A DNA stretch of 64,000 nt from Balanoglossus misakiensis (taxonomy: Eukaryota > Animalia > Hemichordata), in assembly GCA_040954595.2 (NCBI GenBank), contig CM082581.2, positions 10,725,099-10,789,098 of the forward strand, read 5' to 3'. The notes below the pieces were generated by a model that was not told the DNA's origin, did not search any database, and saw nothing but the letters and a program-made list of their open reading frames with translations. The position numbers were made by a program, and so were the translations under genes. Of the stretch, positions 1-14,400 are shown one piece after another. Numbering within the stretch: position 1 is the first letter of the stretch; every line of letters starts with the position of its first letter.

Positions 1-3000
1 AGCATGGAAGCCACCGAACCCGATACTATTGATTGCAACACGAAACCTGTATGTGTGTACGTGTCGAGGCTAAAACTAAAAGTGTGGATTTCACAACATT
101 ATAACATTATCACATTTACATGGCTGCGTGTCGTAAAATAACATGGGTCGTGTACAAGAGATTCAAATACTTGACACTATTATAGAAAGCTTGTCCCGTC
201 GGGTTCAATTATATTGATTTAGAAGCAGTTGGCCAGTCATTCAAGTTTTGCAGAAATGTTGAACTTGAACCAGGGACTCTAGGTGCTGACCATTAACCAC
301 CGTGTTTCAGTAATTGCTTCCAATGTACTACCCCAAAAGACAAGCAAATTGGTAGTAATTTCTTGCTGCGTTCGATTATTAGCCTACATCCTGTCTCCAA
401 TTATTCACAAAATAGCAGGGGCCCATTTGGAACAATTTCCTCCTGTGCGTGACCCGTAATCCTCGTCGATATTTAGTTTAATCAGCTAAACGCTTACCCA
501 TTACAAGACAGCAAATACTTGTATGGGAGGGGGAAGTCATTCATGCATCATAAAAGTTATCGATATGACACGACCCTGTTGTACCACAGATGTGTATGTA
601 TAATTATTCTGAATCGATCTACTGGTCATTAAACCCTTTAACGCTCCAAAAGGCCTTTAGCTTCGCCGACTCGACGACAAATATATGAAAGAAACGACCT
701 GATTAGTAGAGTTTTTCGCCTGTGTGGAAAAAGCTGAACGTTTGAAGATTAGAATTACCTGGAAAAAATCGTTCTCTCCAAGTTATGAACAGCGCTGTAA
801 AATTCTCGTGTGGCGCGCCCTTCCTTGAAAACTTCGAGTCGTGTACCTATCCCCTTTTCTCGTTCTAAATTTAGTTTATATTAGTTTGTTTGGCTTGGAG
901 ACATACATGCATACATGGCAGAGCACAATCTGTCGGCATGGTGTTTGAATTCCCAATTTCTGATGTAAAAACGTAAAGGTTGAATTAAAAGAATGTAATC
1001 CGCCCGTGATTGCAGTGGATTCTATCAGCAGTCCGCCCCAGGGTTGCTCCGAAGTGGTTTACACAAGCGGTTCCTCCCCCAGGCACGGGAAGGTGTCGTG
1101 AGCAAACATTTGTGATGGCATCAAAGGGCGAACCTTTCGCGCTTGTCATTTTTTTGACATTTTCCCACCCAGAGCGATACAAATCGATTAGTTTCTTCAG
1201 TAGACGTTATTTTTAGTGTTTTCAAAGATATTCGATTTTTTTTCTGTGGTTGATTAGCGGGCTTACGAAATGTCAGGCGGAAGAACCGAAGGCAAGTAAA
1301 GGACAAAAAGTTACTTAACTAACAACCACCGCGTATATGTATTTATGTGGGGCTGAACGAAGCAATTAAAGTATGTGCGAAAACATGAATGTGTGCGGGG
1401 ATCACAGTTCTCCAAGCTATCTCATGTAATCGTGGACTTTAACAAACTTGCAGAATTTACATATAGCCATATTCGGTAAAAAGAAAAAAGCGCGTCTAAG
1501 TCGTCCAATGATCGTCTGGGCCCTAAAGTCGTCTAGTGACACTTTTATTTTTCGCGCGGTGAACGTTTATAAAATTGGCCAGAGTTTATCTTTCTATGGT
1601 AATTGTGGATAAAGTCGAGTACATGCCAGTATTAGGTTTTTCTTCAAGGTAAGCCGGGCAGTCAATGTATACATGCACTCAGAAACACCAGCAAGGTAAA
1701 GCCACGAATACAGCCAATATAGACTCTATACCTGCAAATTCTAACTTTATTTCCGTTTGACTCGTTTCCAGAGATGAGGAAATTACATACAGATTCAAAC
1801 GGCAGTTACATGTATATTGCGGGGGAAAGATATGAACGTGGTATGTCAATGCAAGTTCCTCATTAGTATTGCAGTCCTGCCCTAGCTGGCATTTGTCAAC
1901 GATATTATATAGAAGACGCTTGTAAAGCCAATCTCGGGGGATATGGCTGATGGAGAACAGATAGCGTTCCGCTCGACATGATAGATTTCCCTTCTTACTC
2001 TCCACTTCTGTAAAGGTCAGTGCCACTTGTCAAAGGAATGACAAACAGTGCTAGAAAGTTTCCCGGTTCCTTGAATCTGCTCGTTTCCAAGATATAAAAA
2101 AATAACCTGATGCGAAGCTGTTTTAGAGGCTATTTTTTACAATACATCCACGTCTTATATAATCGGTAACAAAAGTCGCTGATTTGGAAAATGGGATCTA
2201 TGGACAAGCAGACTGACTACCATTCAGTTGTGGCGAATAATCGCATAGTGGGCTCGGAAGCACTGTTCCAACGCCCATGCATAAGATATGAACATTCGTT
2301 GAAAGTGTCACTTCTCAAATATGTGTATAATACCCAATATTGAAGTAATGCACATATATTAGTTTGCCGTCAAATTTACGACATACGCATTGCTTGCCTT
2401 AGCAACATCGCTTTAACACATAAACCCGAACGTCCGATCAATGGCGCGATGTAAAACACGGGTTGGACGCCACTTGTTCTTAAACAGTCTGTAGGAAGTA
2501 ACAAGCAACCAAGCTCAGCCCTTGAGGCAACTGGGTATACATATAGGCCTGTAATATGGCTTTGACAATTAAATGGTTGATTTTGCACCTGCTTTGGGGA
2601 TATTCTAGAGTTTAGTAACGGAAGCGCGGGAGTTAGAATGTCGAAAGCCTGTCACTGCGGCTAAAGAAGTGTCAGATATGTCATAGTTAGTGTAGTAGAG
2701 AAGTCTGGTTGAGAAGAAACGAGGCAACGAGCATGTCTTGAAGACGTGTTACATCGTTTCTGCGACAAGGAAAGAAGTTGAGAACAGCGAACCCACAGGC
2801 AACGTTAAGAGATAAACAGATAAGGATATTTCGAGTAATTTGATAGCATTTGCAATTTTAGTCGTTAACGTATGTCAGCGATCGCGTAGCCCCATAAGCT
2901 GCAACTTATGGCAATCATCCGGTACATGGCGAGTAAGTCTTGAAATGTGCTCAACCTAAGCTGGGCGGAATGGAATATTGCCGTTTAAATGTGGGAGACT

Positions 3001-5497
3001 GGTTATGGTATATGCTTGCTACTTTATTACCGCACTTGGTTCAAATGGTAATACAGAGAACCATGTGGTAACAAAAAATTGAATGTATATTCTATTTTAG
3101 AATATATTTCCTGGACAATGAATAAAAAAAGATTCCTTCTTAGATGTGGCGCATTGGTATAATAAATGGCACTCGCGTCTGCTGATTGAAATCAGCCTCG
3201 ATGAACATAATGTTAGCGGTATTAAATTAGTTAACGTACTGTGCAGCCAGCCGTAAACGTTCATATGGGAGCTCTAGAAATTGATCTGATTTTCTACATC
3301 AGTGGCGAGGATTCTTCAAAAATGTGACCTGGTTTTTCAACTTCACCGCCTCGTTATCTGGTCCTGACAGCGAGGATTAACATTCATCCTTCCGCGCAAG
3401 TGCGTGTCATGGCAACACGAAGCGCGCGCGCGAAAAGAAAAAACGAGTGAAGACATCGCTGGACGTTCCACGGAAGTCGCATATGTCAATGCTGTCGAAA
3501 ATATCAAGTGGTGTGTGTTTACTTCATTTGCTGAGCGATTCAGTGCCGCAAGTTTTGGTCTCAAGTCCCACTACGCATTCATATATCATTTACCTGAAGA
3601 GATTAATGACGTATCTACGATGTCATTTGAATACTCAGTACGCACATGACGATAATTGTCTTCGTTCCTCTTTCTATTTTGGTATTAGCTGAGACAATCA
3701 GAAATGAGTGTTTTTCACTCGATTCTTCAAAATAACATGTTCATCGAAAAAATTCCGTTTCGGCAAAATATTCTGGAGAAAAGTATCTTGACTGGAAAAC
3801 AGGCTATTTTGAAAATTGCGACCTGTGGCGTATTTATTTCGCCAATTTAATTTAATTTTCGTAAGAAAAAAGAATAGTGTTTGGTCACTTCCGAAACCTC
3901 ACCGTCATGTAATATCGTATATCGGTGAACAACTAAACTCGCACATGGTCTTAATATCAAATTTTCAATATGTTTTCCTTCTAAATTCGCGGTAACGATA
4001 TTGACATTGACCTTCCATATATAAAATTTAGTTTTTCAGTCCCCGCCAGCCATAGAATGGTGACGTATGTATGTACGTATAAGATATTTTCTTCAACACC
4101 ATGCGACAATGGCCGCCAGTCAACAATGTCGTTCTACGTTCTTAAGATCACGTTCCAGAAAACGTGCTGTCTGAAACACTAAAACTGATTTGTTTATCGA
4201 AGCTGAAACGTTGAAAATAAACTGTAGTTTACATCTCCAAGTATTATTTGATCTCATTGCAAGAGAGTCTAGTGCATCTCACCTATGCAAATTATTCATG
4301 ACCTTTTGGTGGTGATTACCCATGAAAAAGACACGGAAATTTACTTGAGATGAACACATCTTCTGCATCAATAAAGCATTCTTTTTCACTTACGTATACA
4401 CAATAATGTTTGATCATGTCTTAAATTAATTTAGGCCTAAATGACATTAGTGCTTGAAGACCCAGATTTCCTAAGCTCCGAACGACGATATATTAACTTT
4501 ACATTCCAGCCACTTAACAGTGATTCGAGATGACCCCATTCCAATTTGGCATTTTCTATATGCTTGTGTGGGCATGTGACTGTTCTTTTCTGATTTCCTT
4601 CGCCGGTGACTCTGTCCTGAATTGCCTCAAAGTATATAGGCCCCACGGGAACTGCAAGTTGAGCACAAACAAGCAGTCCGCCGAGCAACAACGTCAGTCG
4701 CCTATTCCGCAAACATAAGCTCAGCAGTTTCAGGCAGAAACAGTGAGAATGACAGAAATAGAGATATTTCGCCGAGGTAGCTTTAATTGTGGTGATAAAC
4801 AAGACGAGAAAAACACAGGTTCAAGGGCCTAATTGAATGTACACAATGTGTCTTCTTTGAAGACCGAATACGCTTCGCTGAATCCTCCTCGGAGCCCAGT
4901 CTCTCTTGATCGATTACAACGCATCCAGGACCATCTGGATATATAGCGTCAAAGGCTTTACTGGGCACCAAGAGAATTGCACTCATTTTCGAACGCGAGT
5001 GCAACGACCATCAAATGCCAAGATACGGGCACTGGTCGTTGCCGCTAGCAACGCGCGCGGTGGCTTCTGAAGCACAATTACGCACTAGGCAAGCCAAAGC
5101 GAACAGAAGAGGGGAAAATCACAAAATAATTTCATTCTGCGATGGTGCGTAGGTGAACGACAGAGTTGGCAATGAAATGTTGATCAACGATAAATGTGTT
5201 CGCTGATGCAAAGGGGGCACTGTCAAAGAGTTATCTTAACACAGCACGTGACGTCACATCTAACTATTAGATTTAATCAATTTTGCGGCTATACACGACA
5301 CCTCTATACATTGAGCAGTCGTGGATCGAATGCAATAGTACGAAGTGAAGAAAGGGTAAGCACAGAATAGAGATCCCGGTAGGATGCGTCATATGACGTG
5401 ATCATTGCATCCCCATTGATCCTTGGTATTGAAAGCTATACAGGTATTGGATCCTATAGTACCGTCCCCCGCTGACATCTAAACACACATATCTTAC

Positions 5498-8400
5498 CTG
5501 CCGACGGTTGCCACTGCACGCGAACACACGGTGGCTGTTTGCCTTCGATTGTGACATTGTGGGTGGTAATATTGCTCGGAGGAGACTTATTCCCTTGAAA
5601 GTTTTCTGAAAAGATAAGTCAGATAAACATGTTTAAGAAGTAGTCTATGCAACCTTTCATTTTCACTAGACCCGATAGATAGATAGCTTGGTTAAATAAT
5701 TTATTTCAGAGTCGGTGCTAAATATTTGCCATCGCGCAATATTATGAAACCCGTATAACTTTATCATTATTCATTTGCATCCAATTGTTGTTTTTGAATT
5801 ATTCTCCATAAAAGAAATAACATCTATGCTCGAGGAAAATGTGGGCTCGGTAGGTGAAAGAGATGACCTCGAAATTTAATATTGTGAAGTATCTAAAGTG
5901 TTAGGAGGAGTAATGGCAGTATAATCGACTTGGTTGTATTTTTAATGTCGTTTTATCAGAGATAATTGGCTCTTTTGAATGCACGACTACTGAAGTAGAG
6001 CGTATATATCTTCTTACGGTAGCCATACGATATTTGACATTATGTCTTTCTATCACTCGTCCAAGGTCGCCAAGCGTGTCGAGTTTTATGTATACTGCAA
6101 TTTATCTCCTATCAGTGAACACCGCGAATTAAGCAGATAACATTGCCACTGTACAAACTGCATTATCGCCACGTTTTTTTTAAGTGCAATGTTGTTCGTG
6201 CGAGAGTTATTTTGGCGGGTTTTCTTTGATGTTAGCTTTTATGCTGCGCGCATTTCCAAAATAGAAATTTAATAAGATTCCTAGTGACAATGTGTGTACC
6301 TGCCACACAATATCTTCAACGACTCTCGATAAAAGAACGGCCCAATAGGTGTAAATCTACTTAGCTCGCAAAATTTGCCTTTGCCACCCGCAGTGATATA
6401 CATGCATGTGTGTACAATAACCTAGATATTATTTTCTTTTACTTCGCCATGTTTGCTTTCTCAAAAAAGTGCCAGAGCTAGACCAAGTTAACCTCACTCA
6501 CCCAACAATCCATCCATCCCCTTACATGCACTATCATGCCAGCGTTATCGCATATACACACACGGAATATTGAGATATTTAAATCCTTCATAAAAGTCTT
6601 AAACTCACACAGGCACATATTTGATGCCTCAAACATTATCCCGTCATGCCTTCACGTACAGCATGCTCATAATAATTTACTCGTACCATTTACCCTACGG
6701 TTGTTCGGGATGTGCTTACCTGGCGCTATTCTCATCCATTCGCTCTGCGCTTCACGGGAAACGTTTCCCACCCGCTGAATTACTTTAAATTTATACGGGG
6801 TGTCTATCCGAAGACCTTTGATACTTGCGAATGTCTCGCTGACCTGAAAATAAAGCGTATAAATTTAGCTAAGTACATGTATGGAGATGTAACAATCAGA
6901 CCACATAATATGATTGCCCAATTATCCAAGTGGCCACCCAAGTGAGAATACGCGATTGGCCATATCCCCACTATCTGTGGTATAACTGTGGTTAAATTTG
7001 CATGGTGAGCGAACATGTCAAAGAATCATGATGATACCGGGACCTGCAACTCACGCGTTCTTTGGTTGCTCTCGCGAGACTCCTGCACGAGATGCCACAG
7101 CAGATGTGGCTTACCGTATTTTGGAACGTTTTGAGACGAGGATTAATAAACCATAAAAGAATTACACAAATGGTGTCATCTCGTATCTCCAGGGAGTGAA
7201 CAGCTTCGTTTATTGTGTGAGCATTGATCGTTTTGTGTAAATTTTAATGCGATACTCGGAGATTTAAATTGCTTAGTACTATCATAATGCTTGCTAAGAA
7301 GCATTGGCAAAATCGAATAATGACTAATGAATAATGGAACATCTTTCTCGGCTCACTTTGAAAGTGAACGAATATTAGGCTTAAGACTAATCATACCCAA
7401 CAGACGCACTTTTCTCAGCATCGTTGGCAAATGACGTCACTAATATCCAAATGCTCACAAGTTTACTTTTAAATAAGTTAAACTCAAGTTCAGAATTTAA
7501 TGTAATACCAAAAGATGAAAACACGACAAAAAACGAATTCGTCCAATTCCTGAAATATTAGAATTTCACTTGGCCGTCATTAGCCACGGACCCTATAATA
7601 ACCACCGAATCGTACGGTATCGTCTTCCATACGTCACATACGTTGTGCTTGGTTACAACCCAGAGAGAATTTAATTAAGAATTGCCAGTGGAGGATTTCA
7701 CAAAACCAGTATTGGCGCGGAGAAAATACACTCGAATATATGTCAACTGGTCAACGACCTGATGTCTACGTGCAAAGAAAAAGGTAAGTGCATGCATACA
7801 TGGTTTAAAAAATACGTGTTAAAATATAAAAATGTATACAGAAAATAATTAAAATTGTCAAAAATGTAAACTGCTGCTGGATGTTTAAGGCAAACAGAGC
7901 GAGAAATGCCCGTCGGCGATTTTATGTAAAGTTGCATATAATTATGAACCGCCGGTTCATCGTGAAAGAACCTCAGTATCCTGGCCGAGTAATTAGTACT
8001 GTACAATACAATTGAGAACAGTCGTGCGCATATGTGGGATTTCAAAACGACAGATGTGTTTAGTATAAAAATAATTATCAAACTGGAGCGGGGAATTCAC
8101 TCACTAATGAGCATCCTTTAGGCGCCTTATTATAGAAGCCGTGCGTAAAAAGGCTATTTGAGATGGAAAGCTGGAAGATATTTACGATTGTTGTGATTTT
8201 TATGACATGTTTTGGCTCAACTCGTTACTTGACTTGCACTATTTCCCCCTTGTGTCTGTCGGCGCCAGTATTTTTTTAATATCAGGAAAAAAGACCCGAG
8301 AATGATATTTCAAACTAAGTTAGGCCTAATGGTGAGTTAATGGTGCTTTTTAAACAGTTTGTCCATTTTAAGATCGTTCTTCTCTATACATGTAAACAAA

Positions 8401-11400
8401 TTCCAAAAATCATTATTTCGCTTCATTTTGATACACAACACCTAAACTTTTCTGTTATCATCTTCAAAAACATCGAACTACTTCCAACGTCGTCATGCAA
8501 ACTGGTTCTCACTGTATTTGTGAAATTCAACCTTTCAGCACCAAAGGCAAATTCCGTACAAAGTGGGCGACGCGATTTGATTGTGCTCGTTAGTTGCTGT
8601 GATTTCGCCGCCATTGATAACTTCAATGGTTGCAATTTATACGTAGTGGGTTTTGTAGGTTGTCTTTCAAGAGGTTATTTTCATCTAGCGTGAAGACTTT
8701 CCGCGCTGTCTGTTTGTAGTGTTTGTAAACCCAGTTTGTTCCGCGGCCTCTTTTGTTGAATTCTCCCTTATTTAGTCGCTACTTTCGCCAATTGATTTCC
8801 ACAAAGACGTAGCGCAGGAGCCACGTGATTAAACACGTGGTGTTTTGGTCCGGCTCTGCTGTTTCAGCCCTTGGATCAGCGAACACACATGCACAAGTAC
8901 AAAGCAATACTGATCAGCAACGGATATGTCAGACTACAGACATGGCACCACAGACCTTTTCCACATCAAAATTAGGCTGAGACGCTTTTGAGTGCTAAAA
9001 TTGTTAAAACAATGTCTGTGAACACACAGGGCGGTGTTGCATTGATAAATAATCGTTTCAAACACTAAAGTACATGTACTCTCATTGGCGGATCGAGAGG
9101 ACAAGTCTTAATCTTCTCACTTCTAGCCTTCAGCATATCTCCATATGCGTATATGACGTCCTGTATTGCTCAATAAGCTGATGGGCTCTATTCAGAAGCT
9201 GGGAAATCCGTGTCAAAGACGTCCGTGTCTTCAAGTCAAGATATGCAATCCCTCAAAAGAGCACGCGAATATTGAGAGGTTTTACACTGGAAGATATTAA
9301 TGATACTTACATTAGTTCGACGGGTCCAGTCACCCTGCTCTTTGAGACGCGATAACACTTCATAACTCGCTTCCTTTGTGACGTCATCTCCAGCTGTCCA
9401 CGTAAGTCCGATACTGGCACTCCCGTGACATAGCATTCTTGGCGGTGTTAAAAGTGACAGACCATCATCTTAGAAGTAAATATAAAAAAAGAAACGATTA
9501 GCAGGTATGTCAAAAAAACTGCTTCAATAACACCAACAAATCACCAGATGGCGAGTATTTATCAGTGTGATTTATTACAAGTACATATAAATAACATGGC
9601 AGCTTCTGTACGGATTAAGTGACATGTAAATCAACTGTATTGCCAGACACAGTGACCTTCTCAGTGTTTTGCGCAAGCTGTAGTTGTGAATTGCATGAAT
9701 AAATAACGAGACTTTCACGTTGCTATAGAAAGCGACAGGCAGAAATTGTGTGCTTACGCCTTCGCTCGGAATAATCAGTTCACGACTATTTCAGTTTGAC
9801 CCGTGACAGTTTCAATCAATTGTAAAAGGCGATAGGGGTAATTCATATCTGCAAGGTTTCATTTACTTTCGAGACTGGTATCATTCACCATCATTTTAAG
9901 TGTATCGCCGCGACGGCCATAACACGTACCGATGTTGACATTTAACCTAAGACTGGCTAACGTCGTTTAGGATAAGACTTGAAATTGCGACAGCTTTGGC
10001 TTGCATTGCCTGCTAAATATTGAACAAGTTAAGAAAGTTGATTACGCAACATTCCTTTTGCCATTTCGAAGAGCCACTTCAGCAATTTACAAAAAAAAAA
10101 ACATTATTTTTTTTAATAAAAAATCACTGCAAATATTTTCTTTTCGGTTATCTTTCTCGGAGATATAAAACTGTCAAATCGGCATCTTGTAATCGTTTTG
10201 GTGACATTTAGGAGTTGTTTACAGTTGGTTTTATAAATGCAGTTATAAATGGCCAGGAGGGGCAATGCATCAGCGAAATTTACAAGAGGATTGGGGAAAG
10301 GGTAAAGTCGGAAAGAAAACCTGCCACAACAATTGCGGAAAAGGATTCAATAAAATCTCCACTGGCGCATTTCGGAAGGTTTAAATGTTTTACTATGCTA
10401 TGACCATGACAAAGCAGAAAGCCTCTGATAGGATTAATCTGAACGTTCCCTTCACAGTACAATGGGAAACGTATATGCGAGATAAGCACTGAGTGACTGC
10501 GACAGTGTGATCGCGGTAGGTATAAATATCCCCAAGCATTTTCCTCGTTCATCGTAACGAGACACGTGTGCAGAATCCATAGTTATCATCGGGAGCCGAC
10601 TCTGGCTATCTGCTTCGGCTGTGATTATGCTACATTCAGATGTAAAGGAGACAGAGAAACAGCTGGTTTCGGCGTTACTGCCCTGTTATTAGGATCAGTC
10701 ACCAGGGAAATACAAGCCTTTGGAAGGGTTCTACAGAATCACGAAACTTGGGAGTTGCTTCTTGAACCCGTGGCCTTTATTGCGAGAGAGAACAATCACA
10801 GAAAAGAATATTTTAAAGGTCATGGGTTAAAAACATCCGCATGAACTCAGTTTTATATTACTTCCATGAAACCCGCTTATTTCTTTTATTACCGTTTTAA
10901 GCAGTTTACGGAACAAATGCGAAATTGCATTTCCTGGTTAAACGAGCCTACCGAATAGTTTTGACGAAACAAGGAAAGCTACATCTCCACTCATAAACAA
11001 TTGTATCAAATTATAAAAGACATGAGCAAACAGCTTTGTCATTATTATATTATATGGCATTTTATGCAATAAATATTTATGCTGAAAATAGCACGGCGGT
11101 AAAAATCAGAAAATTATTGAGATAAACACATTTCAAAATTATTTTTTTCACACCATTAACCTCGTAGAAAATGAGAGCCATCATTTGAAATGGTATTCAC
11201 GAAGCCATTTCTTTACAAAAATGTTGTTCTGATACAAACTTGTCCAATATCCACCGACACATGCTGGCTTATTATGTTACCGTTGAAACCTTGACATGCA
11301 TTTTCTAAAGGTGTTATGATATAACTGTATTTCGTACAGAAGTCGCGTTCGCCTATAGACACAGCCATTCCCTTCACAAACAAACTTGCCTGTTTGCATC

Positions 11401-14400
11401 GCCAAGTTTTAGTGATGGTTGAATGAAGCGTGCGTCATAGGTGCTTGTTTTTGGGTACAGAGAAACACAACATTCTCAGATCGTGATAATTTGTCAACGG
11501 CAACAAAATAATCTCTCTGTGCCATTGTACGGACAAGCGTGATGTCTTGTGGCGTCCTGCTGCTATTAGCGGCGTCAGGTTTCAGTTGTTTATTAAATCA
11601 TCCCGATTTCATGAACTGGCATAACAGATAGGTGGAGATTGAGTACAGCATAAGCTTAAATAACATTTCCCGTAGTTCCATTAACGCACTGACAATTTAA
11701 GTGACGCGTATAGTATTCTAATCCTAAAGTGGCAAAACACGCCAACCTGCAACATCCGAGTTTCCCAAAATGACCCACACATGACCCGCAAGAATAGTTC
11801 AGGCGTTTCCACTACACGGACTCCGATCGACTTCGCAATTGTTCCCAAGGTCGGATCAGTTAGCAGAAACTGTATTGCCGTCAACATTTCCTGATCATAG
11901 AGCCGGTTAATTTGTTCATTCGCGCTACCATTTTTTCCCCATAACTGGCATGACGCGCGCCTTCGGGTAACCGACCACTGTGTTCAACACGGCAGTGGAT
12001 GCCAATGTTAATTAACACGGTCTATAGCGTTTCAGTGTCTCCTGTCTTGCAAAGCGAGCACCCCCTTCGGTCTATAATGTCCCAACTGAGTCGGTAACAC
12101 AGTCTATACATATTTTACGCGCCTATCTTGCCTCAGGCATCAATACACGAGAATAAATCACGGTGATCAGGAATCCATTTCCGGATACAAGATAAGGTGC
12201 CAAATATCGAGCAAAAAGTAATACACCGGTCAACGCCTTATATGCGATATCGTCATACTTGGCATGAACGTGTCTGACCTGCGATCGCAGGAAATCCATT
12301 TCCAAAAGAATATAATTATGATCACTGATTTTTAGATCAAATTGATTTGTATCGAACGCGGAAGCGTTACACTAATTACGGCCTTGCAATATCGCTGTTC
12401 ATTGCAACAGCTGCCTCAAATTTAACTGCTGTTGAACCGGATTTGAAAGAGCCCCAAACCAAAGAGAGGAATACTTTTCGGTTACAGAAAAAGCCAGGTG
12501 AACTCGCCCGGCTTTTAATATCCGCACAGAATGACGTCCAAGTGTCAAGTTGATGTATTTGGTCACGACAGTGGAATAATCGACTTCGCGTTCACTTCAG
12601 CGGATAATTCTCCCCGATTATCGGTTAACACGAGTCACCGATTTGCAATACGAGTCCCGGTCGCTTGTTCTGTCCCAAATAAAAAAGCTTTTGCGATAAC
12701 CTCGCATGACGCCACGATGAGCATATGGAGCATGCTCACCAAATCGCAAGTCGACCAGATCCGATCTTCCACGCTTGGCATACGAATTAACTCGTTATGC
12801 CCGTTGTAATCTATGAGTGCAAATTCACGTCGATTAGTTATGTGTTTTCTCTTCAGTGCTAACGAAGTAAAGTAAAGTAATGTTCTGCGACAGTCGAGTA
12901 CGCATAGCATATAATGGAACGAGTCCCCGGATGGTTGTTTGCCGAAGAAAAATAATGTATGCCGGTGAAGATGATAGAAGCATCTACATGTGCAGTTTTT
13001 TTTATCAGTCTGATTTTGTTCGGCGTCGCTTCCTGATAATTTTTAAACATATTTCATCTAATAAAATAACCATTAGTATATATACATGTATTTGAATATA
13101 TTATAGCCACGGCTGTCTTTCAAACTAAGTTAGACATCTTCAACTCCGACAACAACCTCTCTACTCTAATCCGCGGAAATATTAAATGTCCAATAACCGT
13201 GATAAGTTCATTGGGAAAACAGGCTTCCACGTAACAGGCGTCTCGTCACGTTTTTAGATGCTGGGCAGTATGCTACTGTTTTTTAGATGCTAATACACCA
13301 TTTCCAGAACTCCACGAGACTCTGCGAGATCATACGCGGCTATGCAGTTTATATGGGGAGACATTCTCATGTGATACATAACAAACAACACGTGGTCCAT
13401 AATGACGAACAAAACATACATTAGCTTTAAAACTAGCATTTGTCTCATACGGCCATCTATCAATGTAAATTTCAATTTTATAGTTAATAAATAAATTGTG
13501 GATACCTTGGAGTGTTCGCCCTTGACATTTGGTATTCGATATTTACAACTGCACAAATTAGTCGGTATTGTCATGTTAACATCCATAGTATGAACTGCAA
13601 TTTGTTAAAGCTGACCTTGAACGCAAAAGTCAATGAAAGCAGCCTTGACTTGTTATTACATTACTCTACAGTTAAGTGAAAGCTATACTCAAATCTATAA
13701 GAATCGCGATACGCGTGTCCTATTTCACTCGATTGTACAGCGATGACAAGGTCCCGTGTGGTATTTCTATTGCTCTGAGACCGTTTCTTTGGCAATGAAG
13801 AAAACACTATTTTATACCAAACGTCATCTATACTTGAATGTATAGCCTATACTTGATGGAATATTTGGCATGACAGAGATGGATCATGCTCTCCTATGTG
13901 CTCAAAATATCGTTTATTGGAGTGTTTTTTTCAGTGACACCAATTCACTGTGCTATTAAAACAAGTAATACCCAGATGGAAAGTAGGACGGTTTGGAAGC
14001 GACAGGGGAAACAACTGGCCTTTTCAAAGATTCAAGCAACTTCTTTGCGCAAAATGTCGCCCTTTGTGGACGCGTACATATTTAATGAGCTGTACGCTCG
14101 ATGTCTGCCAACAACTTGAAGCAAGATATGCCCAGTGCAAAAAACAGATAAACTGATATGATTATGTATCTTTCTTGTCCACATGCAGTAACTCTAAAAA
14201 ACACACGTTATGAGGCTTCTCAACGAAGTATCATTTCCATCAATCTACTAAATTATTCCAAAAGGGCTTAACAGATAAATAAATGACATCTGGTCAGCCG
14301 TGGGAACTCAAATCGTCTGTCAAAAAATGAAGCCAGATTACTTCCCCGGGGGAGGGGGGGGCACAGATGTCCAACTGCTGTTTCAGCTTATCGGCTTATC

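Noticed and set aside
1-69. Minus-strand frame PRHVHTYRFRVAINSIGFGGFHA, resembling an FN3 F-G strand
   Set aside because: The spacing is one residue short of VxAxN, the phase does not join the 5498 donor directly, and the sequence is cut by the window edge.
2589-2759. Exon-like minus-strand segment with a strong acceptor
   Set aside because: Stops in all three frames and only a weak donor.
4488-4510. Minus-strand TGGAATGTAAAG, matching the first 12 nt of miR-1
   Set aside because: The 3' half differs and no complementary arm forms a precursor hairpin.
12740-12810. Possible extra exon of the FN3 gene (DYNGHNELIRMPSVEDRIWSTCDL)
   Set aside because: Phase 1 to 0 needs a convincing 0-to-1 partner before 9468 and I found none; the signal exon already joins 9468 in phase.
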